Part shown: piece after piece, positions 30,528 to 40,103 of the stretch
Numbering within the stretch: position 1 is the stretch's first letter
How the letters are laid out: each line of letters opens with the position of its first letter
From: Bacteroidales bacterium
Lineage (GTDB): Bacteria > Bacteroidota > Bacteroidia > Bacteroidales > UBA12481
Length of the DNA: 64,000 nucleotides
Reading direction: 5' to 3'
Assembly (NCBI GenBank): GCA_041662065.1
Contig: JBAZTE010000004.1
Coordinates: forward strand, 2,155-66,154
Notes under the pieces: generated by a model
What the model was told of the DNA's origin: nothing
Database searches by the model: none
What the model saw: only the letters and a program-made list of their open reading frames with translations
Translations under genes and position numbers: made by a program

Positions 30528-31719
30528 CCTCATCCTTGGATTTGGCATTTCGGAATACCTTCAGTCCCGATTGAATGAGAAGTCCCGGCAGGAGGGCCAG
30601 ACAGAACAAGATCCCTTCAACGGGGATGCTCTGCTTCCAGAAGATAAAGGTCAGTAAAAACAGGATAGCCACTCCCGACATCAACCGGCCGTAAATGCGG
30701 TTAAAGGTGTGTGCCCGGGGGAACCAGAGTGTCAGGGCCAGGATGATATTCAACGGAAATGCCCAGGCGAGATTGAGGTTTGCGTGGCAAACTGTGAATG
30801 ACGAGAACAGCCACATATAAGTGAAGACCAGTCCCAGTCCGCCCGACAAAACGAACAGGAAGGTGTAAAAGGAATTAACCAGTCTGGCCGGCATTTTACG
30901 GAATAGGGCAATAAACCAGGATGCCACAACCAGGAGGCTGAAAATAAAATAGGGGTGAACCAGTCCGGTGCCAATCGGTTTGGGGTATTCCGGTTCGAAG
31001 AGAACCACCTCGGGCTTACATAAGGGTGATCCGTCGGTAAGTCTGGCTTCGGCAAAAAGCCGGTGCATATGATCAGGCAGGAACATATACCCCTGCTGCG
31101 TCGCTTCCCGGTCGGCACCACCGGCCAGGGTCAGGAGAATTCCCGTTCTTGCCCAGGTATTCAGGCTGATGTAGGGCATGATAAGCTGCCTGTAGGTTAG
31201 ATGGGTGGCAGGTTCAGGCGGCCAGATATAATTGTTCCCGGTAGCTTTTATAACAATATCCCGGATCCGTGTGGAACAATTATCCATGAAAAAATCATAC
31301 CAGTAATGACGGTTTTCGGGTAAATAGTTGATCTCCAGCAGGTCGAACAATTTCTGCTTTTCCGGAAGGGTGATATTCAGTTCGCGTTCCTTGATGAAAC
31401 GGTTCTCTTCAATGTATTCGGGGGCGAAACCCTGGAACCTGACTATCGACAGCATGTAATAACACTTGCCCTTAATGAACTGGCCATAGAAGTTAGGGAT
31501 ATTGAAATCAAAGGTGCCATAGTTATAAACACGGTCGAGGTGAATTTCGGGATCGGTTACCCGGAGGGCGCTATGACCAAAATAGGTGAAGACTTCCGGT
31601 CCGGGTCCGCAGGTCAATAGGCTGACGGATGCCTCGCTGCTCAGCTGGGGACTCTGGGCTGCCGTAAAATTCCAGGCAGGGAGAAGAATCACGAATAAAA
31701 AGAGGTTACGTAACCGCAT
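30520..31719 (-). CDS. DUF4105 (Lnb N-terminal domain) family membrane protein
   Basis: Signal peptide, then SLLTCGPGPEVFTYFGHSALRV...YNYGTFDF, typical of DUF4105, plus a C-terminal cluster of TM helices. Confidence 0.6.
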   Translation of the reverse strand: MRLRNLFLFVILLPAWNFTAAQSPQLSSEASVSLLTCGPGPEVFTYFGHSALRVTDPEIHLDRVYNYGTFDFNIPNFYGQFIKGKCYYMLSIVRFQGFAPEYIEENRFIKERELNITLPEKQKLFDLLEINYLPENRHYWYDFFMDNCSTRIRDIVIKATGNNYIWPPEPATHLTYRQLIMPYISLNTWARTGILLTLAGGADREATQQGYMFLPDHMHRLFAEARLTDGSPLCKPEVVLFEPEYPKPIGTGLVHPYFIFSLLVVASWFIALFRKMPARLVNSFYTFLFVLSGGLGLVFTYMWLFSSFTVCHANLNLAWAFPLNIILALTLWFPRAHTFNRIYGRLMSGVAILFLLTFIFWKQSIPVEGILFCLALLPGLLIQSGLKVFRNAKSKDEAN

Positions 31720-31783
31720 GCTGCATTGTTTTGTGCAAAGATCAGTAAATTTACCCTTCTGATTTGAAAACTAAATCTCGACC

Positions 31784-33133
31784 ATGAAAAAAACATTTGA
31801 CCGTCGTTCGTTTCTCTCCAGATCGGCCGTAGCCGGTGCCGGACTGATTGTTGTTCCGCGCCATGTGCTTGGCGGAAAGGGATATATTGCACCCAGTGAT
31901 AAATTGAATATTGCCGCTATCGGCTCCGGAGGCATGGGTGCCGGAAATATTAATAATGTCAGTACCCAGAATATAGTTGCCCCTTGTGATGTTGATTTTA
32001 ACCAGGCTGCAGCCACCTTTAAAAAGTATCCGAATGCCCCGCAATATAAGGATTACCGGTTGATGCTCGAAAAAGAGAAGGGCATCGATGCGGTAATCGT
32101 GGCTACCCCCGATCATTCCCACGCTCCGGCTGCCATGGCTGCCATTAAACTGGGCAAGCATGTCTATGTGCAGAAGCCCCTCACTCACTCCGTTTTTGAG
32201 GCCCGTAAGCTCACTGAGGCGGTAAGGGAATACAAGGTGGTCAGTCAGATGGGAAACCAGGGCCGTTCGGGCGAGGGAACCCGCCGGCTGGCCGAATGGA
32301 TATGGGCCGGCGCCATTGGCGAAATCCGGGAGGTTCACAGCTGGACCAACCGTCCCGTCTGGCCGCAGGGAATCGGCCGTCCGGCCGAAACAATGGCTAT
32401 ACCGGGTACGCTCGACTGGAATCTCTGGCTGGGACCGGCCCCTGAGCGGCCGTATAATTCAGCCTATCTCCCGTTCAACTGGAGAGCCTGGTATGATTTT
32501 GGCGCAGGTGCCCTGGGTGATATGGGTTGCCATGTGCTCGATCCGGTTTTCCATGCGCTGAAACTTAAATATCCCATCTGGGTTCAGGGATCGCATTCAT
32601 ATGAGGTGCGTGAGATGTGGAAAAGGGTTGATAATAAGGAAACTTATCCGAGTGCCTCGATGATAACCTACCAGTTCCCGGCCCGCGAAAATATGCCCCC
32701 GGTGCGGCTTACCTGGTATGATGGAGGACTGATGCCCACCTGGCCGGCTGAAGTCGATTATTCGAAGATTCCTGAAGACGGAGGTTCACTGTTCATCGGC
32801 GACAAGGGAATAATCGTGTGCTCCACCTATGGCGGTGATGTTCAGATGTTCCCCGAAGAAAGGTTCCTCGAATACAAGGATTTGCCGAAAACCCTTAAGC
32901 GTATGGAAACCAGCCATGAAATGAACTGGGTGAATGCCTGCAAGGGCGGTGAACGTCCTTGCTCGAATTTCGATTATTCAGGTCCGCTTACCGAAATGGT
33001 CCTGATGGGTAATCTGGCTATCAGGGTCCCCGGCAAACGGCTGTTGTGGGACGGTGATAACATGAAGGTCACGAACGATGACGATGCCAACCGGTTTATC
33101 AAGAGGGAGTATAGGGAGGGGTGGACGCTCTAA
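31784..33133 (+). CDS. Tat-exported Gfo/Idh/MocA-family oxidoreductase
   Basis: Twin-arginine signal DRRSFLSRSAVAGAGLIV and a Rossmann motif LNIAAIGSGGMGAGN. The 449-aa length fits the periplasmic glycoside/sugar dehydrogenase subgroup. Confidence 0.8.
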   Translation: MKKTFDRRSFLSRSAVAGAGLIVVPRHVLGGKGYIAPSDKLNIAAIGSGGMGAGNINNVSTQNIVAPCDVDFNQAAATFKKYPNAPQYKDYRLMLEKEKGIDAVIVATPDHSHAPAAMAAIKLGKHVYVQKPLTHSVFEARKLTEAVREYKVVSQMGNQGRSGEGTRRLAEWIWAGAIGEIREVHSWTNRPVWPQGIGRPAETMAIPGTLDWNLWLGPAPERPYNSAYLPFNWRAWYDFGAGALGDMGCHVLDPVFHALKLKYPIWVQGSHSYEVREMWKRVDNKETYPSASMITYQFPARENMPPVRLTWYDGGLMPTWPAEVDYSKIPEDGGSLFIGDKGIIVCSTYGGDVQMFPEERFLEYKDLPKTLKRMETSHEMNWVNACKGGERPCSNFDYSGPLTEMVLMGNLAIRVPGKRLLWDGDNMKVTNDDDANRFIKREYREGWTL

Positions 33134-35199
33134 CCGTTAAGAAAGTTAAGAATGTGAAGAGGGTTAAGAGGTGTTTTCTGACCTGGTTGCTTATTGGGAT
33201 AACGGTTGGACCATTTTTTGCGCAAAGTCCAATCAGGGCAGTTAAAACGGCTGATCCGGTTGCCATTGCATCCAGTGTGCCGGCGCCTTTATATCGTGAT
33301 CCTGTGTATGACGGGGCAGCCGATCCTGTTTTAATATGGAATCGGGAGAAGCGCGTCTGGTGGATGTTTTATACCCAGCGCCGTGCAAAAATCGATGTTC
33401 CGGGAGTGGAATGGTGCCACGGCACCGAAATCGGGGTGGCGGAATCGAAGGATCAGGGCATGAGCTGGACTTATACCGGCACCCTGACATTGACTCATCC
33501 GGATTTGGCTTATTCCTTTTGGGCGCCTGATGTCATCGTCGATGATAAAGGCCTGTACCACATCTTTGTAAGTTATGTTCCGGGAGCTGCCGAATCTCAC
33601 CGCGACTGGGGAGGAGAGCGTCATATCCTGCATTATACATCCAAGGATTTGTGGACATGGAAGTTCGTGAAAAGGGTGCCGCTTACCTCTGATTATTGCA
33701 TCGATGCCACCTTATTTAAGAAACCCGGTGGAACCTGGCGCATGTGGTACAAGGATGAGGGTCACGATTCAAAAACCCTCGCGGTTGACAGTAAGAATCT
33801 CAAAGACTGGATACCGGTGAACGATCCTGGTGTTTCAAAACTTTACGGTGAGGGTCCAAAGGCATTTTATTTTAAAGGTCACTATTGGCTGATCAAGGAT
33901 CCCAACAGCGGTCTGGATGTATACCGTTCCGATGACCTGGGTTCGTGGGTTTATCAGGGTAAAATCCTGGATGAGCCCGGAACGCGCAACAGCGACGGAA
34001 CGATTGGAAAGCATGCGGATGTGGTGGTTTGCGGTGATCGTGCCTTTATCATTTATTTTACCCATCCCTTTACTGAAAATGCACCGGAAAGGACTGGCGT
34101 TTCACCGTATTCCAACCGTCATACCGTCCTTCAGGCAGCGGAACTGACCGTTGCAGCCGGAAAACTGCTCTGCGACCGTGACAAGCCTTTCCGGATGATG
34201 CTGACGCCCCCTCAGGAAAAACGCATGGTCGATGAAGAGGTAATGAAAGATATTTACCAAGAGGTTAAAACCCCTTATAAATATGGTGTCGTTATTCGCG
34301 GCGACGGCGGCAACCCGGTCGATTGTCCCAGTGTTTTCAGGCACAATGGCAAATGGTATATGGTTTATATCTGTATGAACAAGACCGGCTACGAAACTCA
34401 CCTTGCTGAAAGCAATAACTTACTGGCCTGGATACCGCTCGGTAAAACTCTGTCGTTCCGCAAGGATACCTGGGACGCCAACCAGGCAGCAGGATATGTT
34501 GCCCTGCAGGATCCTGAATGGAAGGGTTCTTACCAGCTCCGGCAGTTCGACAAGAAGTATTGGCTGTCGTATATCGGCGGAGCCAGGGAAGGGTACGAAA
34601 CCGACCCGTTGTCGGTTGGAATAGCCTGGACCACTGACCCATCGAAACCCGGACCTTGGGTCCGGCTGCAGGCACCTGTGCTTTCAAGCGATCAGCCTGA
34701 TTCCCGTTATTGGGAAAAACTGACCCAATATAAAAGCAACGTAATCTATGATGGATCCGAAACGCTTGGCTGGCCATTTGTTATGTATTACAACGGTAAA
34801 ACCGAATCGGGATATGAAAGGATAGGGATGGCAGTTTCCCGTGACATGAGGCAATGGGTGCGGTTCGGGAATGATCCGGTTATCGACAATGGAAGCGGCA
34901 TCTCAGGCGATCCCCAGGTGATGAAAATCGGGGAAGTATGGGTGATGTTTTATTTCGGCGCCTTCTGGAAACCCAAAGCCTTTGATACTTTCGCCTGTTC
35001 ATATGATCTGGTCAACTGGACAAAATGGGAAGGGCCGCATCTGGTTGAACCTTCAGTTCCCTGGGATCAGGAATATGCCCATAAACCATGGGTGGTTAAC
35101 CACAACGGGGTGGTGTATCATTTTTACTGTGCGGTAGGCGATCAGGGACGCGTAATCGGCCTGGCAACCTCCCGCGAAATGTACGGTAGAGACAGATAA
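33121..35199 (+). CDS. Secreted two-domain beta-propeller glycoside hydrolase-like protein (GH43/GH32-clan-like)
   Basis: 692 aa. The N-terminal half has GH43-like blades (AADPVLIW..WWMFYT, FWAPDVIVDDKGLYHIF, CIDATLFKKPGGTWRMWY, GEGPKAFYFKGHYWLI). The second half has similar W/Y-rich blades. The start codon is uncertain (GTG at 33121 or 33154). Confidence 0.55.
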   Translation: MDALTVKKVKNVKRVKRCFLTWLLIGITVGPFFAQSPIRAVKTADPVAIASSVPAPLYRDPVYDGAADPVLIWNREKRVWWMFYTQRRAKIDVPGVEWCHGTEIGVAESKDQGMSWTYTGTLTLTHPDLAYSFWAPDVIVDDKGLYHIFVSYVPGAAESHRDWGGERHILHYTSKDLWTWKFVKRVPLTSDYCIDATLFKKPGGTWRMWYKDEGHDSKTLAVDSKNLKDWIPVNDPGVSKLYGEGPKAFYFKGHYWLIKDPNSGLDVYRSDDLGSWVYQGKILDEPGTRNSDGTIGKHADVVVCGDRAFIIYFTHPFTENAPERTGVSPYSNRHTVLQAAELTVAAGKLLCDRDKPFRMMLTPPQEKRMVDEEVMKDIYQEVKTPYKYGVVIRGDGGNPVDCPSVFRHNGKWYMVYICMNKTGYETHLAESNNLLAWIPLGKTLSFRKDTWDANQAAGYVALQDPEWKGSYQLRQFDKKYWLSYIGGAREGYETDPLSVGIAWTTDPSKPGPWVRLQAPVLSSDQPDSRYWEKLTQYKSNVIYDGSETLGWPFVMYYNGKTESGYERIGMAVSRDMRQWVRFGNDPVIDNGSGISGDPQVMKIGEVWVMFYFGAFWKPKAFDTFACSYDLVNWTKWEGPHLVEPSVPWDQEYAHKPWVVNHNGVVYHFYCAVGDQGRVIGLATSREMYGRDR

Positions 35200-35213
35200 T
35201 TATCTGTATCTAC
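35186..35213. repeat. 28-nt near-perfect palindrome, copy 1 (gtagagacagataattatctgtatctac)
   Basis: 14-nt arms with one mismatch. The central TAA (35197..35199) is the stop codon of the upstream gene. A second copy lies at 48265..48292. Confidence 0.8.
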
Positions 35214-35352
35214 ACGCCCTCCCGCAAAATGCGCTTTTCACATCATAACATAGTACATAAAACTGCTAACAAAGTGATTTCTTTTCGCTGCGCTTAGGGA
35301 TAGTTTTAGCTTGTTGAATAGTATGGAGTTTTTAACAAGTAAAATTTAACCC

Positions 35353-38300
35353 ATGAAGCAAAAATTACTTTTTGTACTGTTGACGATGTTTTTTGCCGGC
35401 TCCCTGTTCGGTCAGACTCGTCAGTTGACGGGAAAGGTAACCTCGGAGGCTGATAAACAGCCTATTCCGGCGGTTACCGTCCTGATTAAAGGAACCCAGA
35501 ATGGAACCACTACCGGTCCTGACGGAAGGTTTAGCCTGTCGTTCCAGAGCCAGACCGGTACCCTGGTTTTTTCCTCGATCGGTTACCGGAAACTTGAAGT
35601 GCCGATTACTTCATCCAATACCTATGATGTAGCCATGGAGATTGATGTGATGAACATAGATGAAGTAGTAGTGACTGCACTGGGAATTTCCAGGGAAAAG
35701 AAAACACTGGGATATGCCGTTCAGGATGTCTCCGCTGCTGAGCTTACCGAGGCAAAAGATAACAACATCATCAACACTTTGTCGGGTAAAATTGCTGGGG
35801 TGCAGGTCACCAGTGGTGGTAGCACCGTCGGATCCTCATCAAGGGTGGTGATCCGCGGGAATAAGTCATTCAGCGGCAACGACCCGCTATTTGTGATCGA
35901 TGGCACGCCGATTTTCAACAATACCACCAACCTCGACGGTGGTGGTGGTATCGACTGGGGTAATACGGCGGCCGATATCGATCCGAACAACATTGAATCC
36001 ATGACGGTGCTGAAAGGAGCCAACGCAGCCGCTCTTTACGGCAGCCGGGCTACCAACGGGGTCATTCTCATCACGACAAAAAAAGGGAAAGACGGCCGTA
36101 AACTTGGGGTTGATTTTACTACATCCATGACCTTTGACAATGTTGCCTACCTTCCAAAATTCCAGAATGAATATGGCGGTGGATGGAACGGCGAGGAATT
36201 TATCTGGAAACGTGATCATCCTGAAATGTCCTATCAGGATTATTCCAAAACTTACGGATACAATTGGGTTGACGGTGGCGGCGGCGGGGTCAACGATAGC
36301 TGGCCGATCAACTGGGGTCCGCGATTGGATGCAGGTTTGCTTTTGGATCAATGGTCCACCGGTCCCAACAGTCCCTGGATATCTCGTCAGAATAACTACC
36401 GCGACTTCTTCCAGACCGGCACGAATGCTGAAAATAGCCTCGCCATTTCATCCAATGGTGACAAAGCCATGGGAAGGCTCGCCTTCACCAATAATAACAC
36501 AAAAGGGATCATAGATTTCACCGATCAGTCCCAGCAAACGATCAATGGAAGCATAACCCTGAAACCAACCAGCCGCCTGACGGCCGTTACGAACCTTACT
36601 TATCTGAAAAAGACCAGTAATAACCTGCCCAATAACGGTTATTCGGGGATTGGGGTGGATTACGCCTGGTTGCAGAGGGATTTCGATATTAATTATACCA
36701 AGCAGGTGTATAAGGAAAAAGGGAACAAGGATTTCATTTTTCCGGATGGGGATAACCCGTACTATAATTTGAGAAACCTGACCGGTTTCAACCGCGACAG
36801 GCTCTTCGGCAACTCCAGCATTGATTACCAGATCACCGATTGGCTTTCAGTCCTCGGCAGGGTGGGTATCGATTTCTATAATGAATACCGGAAGGATATC
36901 ACGCAGTCGGGAACGCAGGGTAATATCAGCAGGAAAAGGGGCGGACAGTTCAATCAGACCCAGTTCTATTTCAATGAAACCAATGCCGACCTGATGCTGA
37001 AGTTTGATAAAACCCTGGGTGATATCCGGCTTGACGGGATCATCGGAGGAAACTACCGCGACGTTGTTTCTCAATCCATGTATATGGCAGCCAGCGACCT
37101 GACAGTCCCGGATCTGTATACCATCGGTAACGTGAAAGGAAATCCAACCGTTACCATGAATACCAACCGGAAAGTGGTAAACAGTGTTTTCTTTGCGGCT
37201 AACGGATCGTACAAAAACTTCTTGTTCCTGGGAGTGACCGGCCGTAACGACTGGAGTTCAACTTTACCGGCTGCCAACCGCTCCTATTTTTATCCATCCG
37301 TCAGTTTGGGCTTTGATGTAACCGAAGCCTTTAAACTGCAATCCGATATTCTCAGCTATGCCAAATTGAGAGGTAGCTGGGCCCGGGTAGGGGGCGATGC
37401 AGGTGCTTACCAGCTGAACAATACCTACTCGGTAGGGACTTTTAATTCGATCTCCATGTTCAGCCCCGGATTGACATTCCCCCCGGCCAACCTGAAACCT
37501 CAGATCACCTCTTCCTTTGAATTCGGCGGTGATTTCAGATTATGGAAAAACCGTTTATCGTTGGACATTACCTACTACGATCAGACAACCGTAAACCAGA
37601 TTCTATCAGTAGCAACTTCATTAACAACCGGTTATAGCGCCATGCGTCTTAATGCCGGTGAGATATCCAACAGCGGTATTGAATTGATGCTGACCGGAAA
37701 AGTCATTGACAAACCGGACGGACTTTCCTGGGATATTATGGTGAACTGGGCAAAAAACAAGAGCCAGGTAAATGAACTCTACGGTGATCTCGAATCCTAC
37801 AGGATTTCCAATGGTTTCGGCGGTGCCACCACAGTGGGTATTCCCGGCCAGCCATGGGGAGTCATCTGGGGACTACCGTATGTCAGGGATTCCATCAGCA
37901 ACAAGATTGTTGTTGGAAGTGATGGTATTCCGCTCACGACCAACGTCGGCAAAAACCTGGGTAATGTTACTCCAGATTGGACCGGAGGTATCCGTAACAC
38001 TTTTAACTATAAGGGATTATATCTTGGTTTCCTGATCGATATGCGTAAAGGCGGGGACTTCTTCAGTTGCACGGCATGGCATGCTTATCCGACCGGCACC
38101 TATGAGATCACCACACAGAATAATGTCAGGGAAACCGGTCTGATCGTTGATGGAGTGAAAGAAGACGGCACACCCAACGATATCCGCGTGTCCGCTCAGG
38201 ATTTTTACGGGGGTGCATGGATGTGGAACAACCATGAATACTCCATCCTCGACGGTACCTACATCAAACTGAGAGAGGTTGTTTTAGGATATGACGTTCC

Positions 38301-38505
38301 GGTCTCGAAAATTAAGTGGATTCAAAAACTTAATATTTCGGTTTATGGAAGAAACCTTGCCATTCTTTACCGCGACAAGAGTACTGCTGAGCTTGGGATT
38401 GATCCGGAGGTCGGTCTCGGCGGCGGCGACTCCGGAGTGGGATTTGAAAACTTCCAGATACCGACAACCAGGAGCCTGGGCGTCAAACTGAGACTCAGCT
38501 TCTAA
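35353..38505 (+). CDS. SusC/RagA-family TonB-dependent outer-membrane transporter
   Basis: 1050 aa. It has a CarboxypepD_reg-like N-terminus (LTGKVTSEADKQPIPAVTVLIKGT), a TonB-box/plug (IDEVVVTALGISREKKTLGYAVQDV) and a C-terminal ...LRLSF, and is followed by a SusD homologue. Confidence 0.92.
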   Translation: MKQKLLFVLLTMFFAGSLFGQTRQLTGKVTSEADKQPIPAVTVLIKGTQNGTTTGPDGRFSLSFQSQTGTLVFSSIGYRKLEVPITSSNTYDVAMEIDVMNIDEVVVTALGISREKKTLGYAVQDVSAAELTEAKDNNIINTLSGKIAGVQVTSGGSTVGSSSRVVIRGNKSFSGNDPLFVIDGTPIFNNTTNLDGGGGIDWGNTAADIDPNNIESMTVLKGANAAALYGSRATNGVILITTKKGKDGRKLGVDFTTSMTFDNVAYLPKFQNEYGGGWNGEEFIWKRDHPEMSYQDYSKTYGYNWVDGGGGGVNDSWPINWGPRLDAGLLLDQWSTGPNSPWISRQNNYRDFFQTGTNAENSLAISSNGDKAMGRLAFTNNNTKGIIDFTDQSQQTINGSITLKPTSRLTAVTNLTYLKKTSNNLPNNGYSGIGVDYAWLQRDFDINYTKQVYKEKGNKDFIFPDGDNPYYNLRNLTGFNRDRLFGNSSIDYQITDWLSVLGRVGIDFYNEYRKDITQSGTQGNISRKRGGQFNQTQFYFNETNADLMLKFDKTLGDIRLDGIIGGNYRDVVSQSMYMAASDLTVPDLYTIGNVKGNPTVTMNTNRKVVNSVFFAANGSYKNFLFLGVTGRNDWSSTLPAANRSYFYPSVSLGFDVTEAFKLQSDILSYAKLRGSWARVGGDAGAYQLNNTYSVGTFNSISMFSPGLTFPPANLKPQITSSFEFGGDFRLWKNRLSLDITYYDQTTVNQILSVATSLTTGYSAMRLNAGEISNSGIELMLTGKVIDKPDGLSWDIMVNWAKNKSQVNELYGDLESYRISNGFGGATTVGIPGQPWGVIWGLPYVRDSISNKIVVGSDGIPLTTNVGKNLGNVTPDWTGGIRNTFNYKGLYLGFLIDMRKGGDFFSCTAWHAYPTGTYEITTQNNVRETGLIVDGVKEDGTPNDIRVSAQDFYGGAWMWNNHEYSILDGTYIKLREVVLGYDVPVSKIKWIQKLNISVYGRNLAILYRDKSTAELGIDPEVGLGGGDSGVGFENFQIPTTRSLGVKLRLSF

Positions 38506-38517
38506 TAAACTCCCAAA

Positions 38518-40005
38518 ATGAAGAAAATCATGAAAACGATAATCAAAATAAAGTTTCTGATACTGGCTGCAGTATTGATGATCTCAAATTCTTGCACCAA
38601 GAATTTCGATGATATAAATGTGAACCCCAACTCTCCGACGGTGGTTCCGGCAACCAACGTTTTTTTACGTGCCACTAACTCCCTGATCGGTACTTTGCTT
38701 GGAGAGCGTCTTGATGTTTACTATGCAGGTTCGTATGCCGGCCAGACGGCTGCTATCGGACTCGGTGATTATGAATACCGTGTGGATATCAATAACAGTA
38801 TGTGGAGGGGCATGTATGTTGCCATGACCTATTTCGTCGATGCTGCAAGGCTTGCAAAAGATGAAGGAAATACCAATTTGTATGCCGCTGCCCTGACCAT
38901 GAAAGCATACAGTGCTCACCAGACCACGGATATGTGGGGAAAAATCCCTTACTCCGAGGCTTTCAGAATGGCTGAGAATATCATCTATCCAAAGTATGAT
39001 ACACAGCAGGAAGTGTATACCGCAATCCTGGCAGAACTCAAGGAAGCTGCTGATCTGCTTAACAACGGCACTGGAAGCATGGGAGCAGGCGACTGGATGT
39101 TTAAAGGCAATGTTGACAAATGGAAGAAGTTCTGCAATTCAACCAGGCTGAGGGTGGCCATGCGCATGTCAATGGTTAATGAAGCCGGCGCAAAGGCAGT
39201 GATTGCTGAAGTTGTCAATAATCCTTCAACCTATCCTATCCTGACCGACAATGCCGACAACGCCTATTTCTGGTGGCCAGGGATCAGTCCCGATCAGGAA
39301 CTCTGGTTCAAACGGATGGGTGTACTTGACGGGAATAAAAAGGATCAGTATCGTACCAACAGCGTGATGGTCAATGCATTGAAAAACAATAATGATCCAC
39401 GTTTACCGGTGTATGTGGATAAAAACAAGAATGGCGTTTACAACGGTTACCGGTTCTATTATGGCCAAACCCGAGATACCCTCAATAACGGAAATAACGT
39501 TTCTCACATTGGGGACCGTTTTGGCAACGATCCGAAGGGTTTTTCACCGCTCATGAATTCTGCTGAAGTACATTTTATTCTCGCCGAGGCTATGCAGAGA
39601 AATTTTATTCCCGGAAGCGCCAAAACCGAATATGAAACCGGTATTACCAGATCATTGGAAGAGAACAAGATTGGTGGTGATGCGATTACCACTTTCCTCA
39701 GTCAGCCTGAAGTGGCATGGGGCAGCGGTACCACCTCAAACCTTTACAAGATCGCTCTGCAGAAATGGCTATGCCTGTTCAAACAAAGTGTGGAAGCATG
39801 GTCGGAGAGCAGAAGGACTGATATACCCCTGATGGACCAGAATGTATCTGAAAACTATGCACTTAAGCATAACCGTCCTCCTTTCAGGATGGCCTATGCC
39901 GATGAGGAAAAATCACTGAACACGAAATTTCCTTTGGATGTTGTTGAGGATGATATTTTTTATGGAACCCAGATGTGGTGGGATACCCGGACAGGCATTC
40001 ATTAA
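38518..40005 (+). CDS. SusD/RagB-family nutrient-binding lipoprotein
   Basis: Lipobox MISNSC. It starts 12 nt downstream of the SusC-family gene, and the 495-aa length and W/Y-rich helical composition are typical of SusD. Confidence 0.85.
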   Translation: MKKIMKTIIKIKFLILAAVLMISNSCTKNFDDINVNPNSPTVVPATNVFLRATNSLIGTLLGERLDVYYAGSYAGQTAAIGLGDYEYRVDINNSMWRGMYVAMTYFVDAARLAKDEGNTNLYAAALTMKAYSAHQTTDMWGKIPYSEAFRMAENIIYPKYDTQQEVYTAILAELKEAADLLNNGTGSMGAGDWMFKGNVDKWKKFCNSTRLRVAMRMSMVNEAGAKAVIAEVVNNPSTYPILTDNADNAYFWWPGISPDQELWFKRMGVLDGNKKDQYRTNSVMVNALKNNNDPRLPVYVDKNKNGVYNGYRFYYGQTRDTLNNGNNVSHIGDRFGNDPKGFSPLMNSAEVHFILAEAMQRNFIPGSAKTEYETGITRSLEENKIGGDAITTFLSQPEVAWGSGTTSNLYKIALQKWLCLFKQSVEAWSESRRTDIPLMDQNVSENYALKHNRPPFRMAYADEEKSLNTKFPLDVVEDDIFYGTQMWWDTRTGIH

Positions 40006-40040
40006 TCATTAGGTTTAGTATATTTATTGCATTGAAACTC

Positions 40041-40068
40041 GAAACAGGTGGATTTTTTCACCTGTTTC
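40041..40068 (+). terminator. Candidate intrinsic terminator after the SusD-family gene
   Basis: 10-bp stem gaaacaggtg / cacctgtttc with an 8-nt loop, followed by ttgttt. Confidence 0.5.
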
Positions 40069-40103
40069 TTGTTTCGTGCCTCTGGGATTAATAAAGGAGC
40101 AAA

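Noticed and set aside
35193-35208. The core acagataattatctgt as a possible Fur box.
   Set aside because: It shares only the GATAAT/ATTATC half-sites and lacks the 7-1-7 (19-bp) Fur architecture. The flanking genes are carbohydrate genes rather than iron genes. I kept it only as a generic palindrome or operator candidate.
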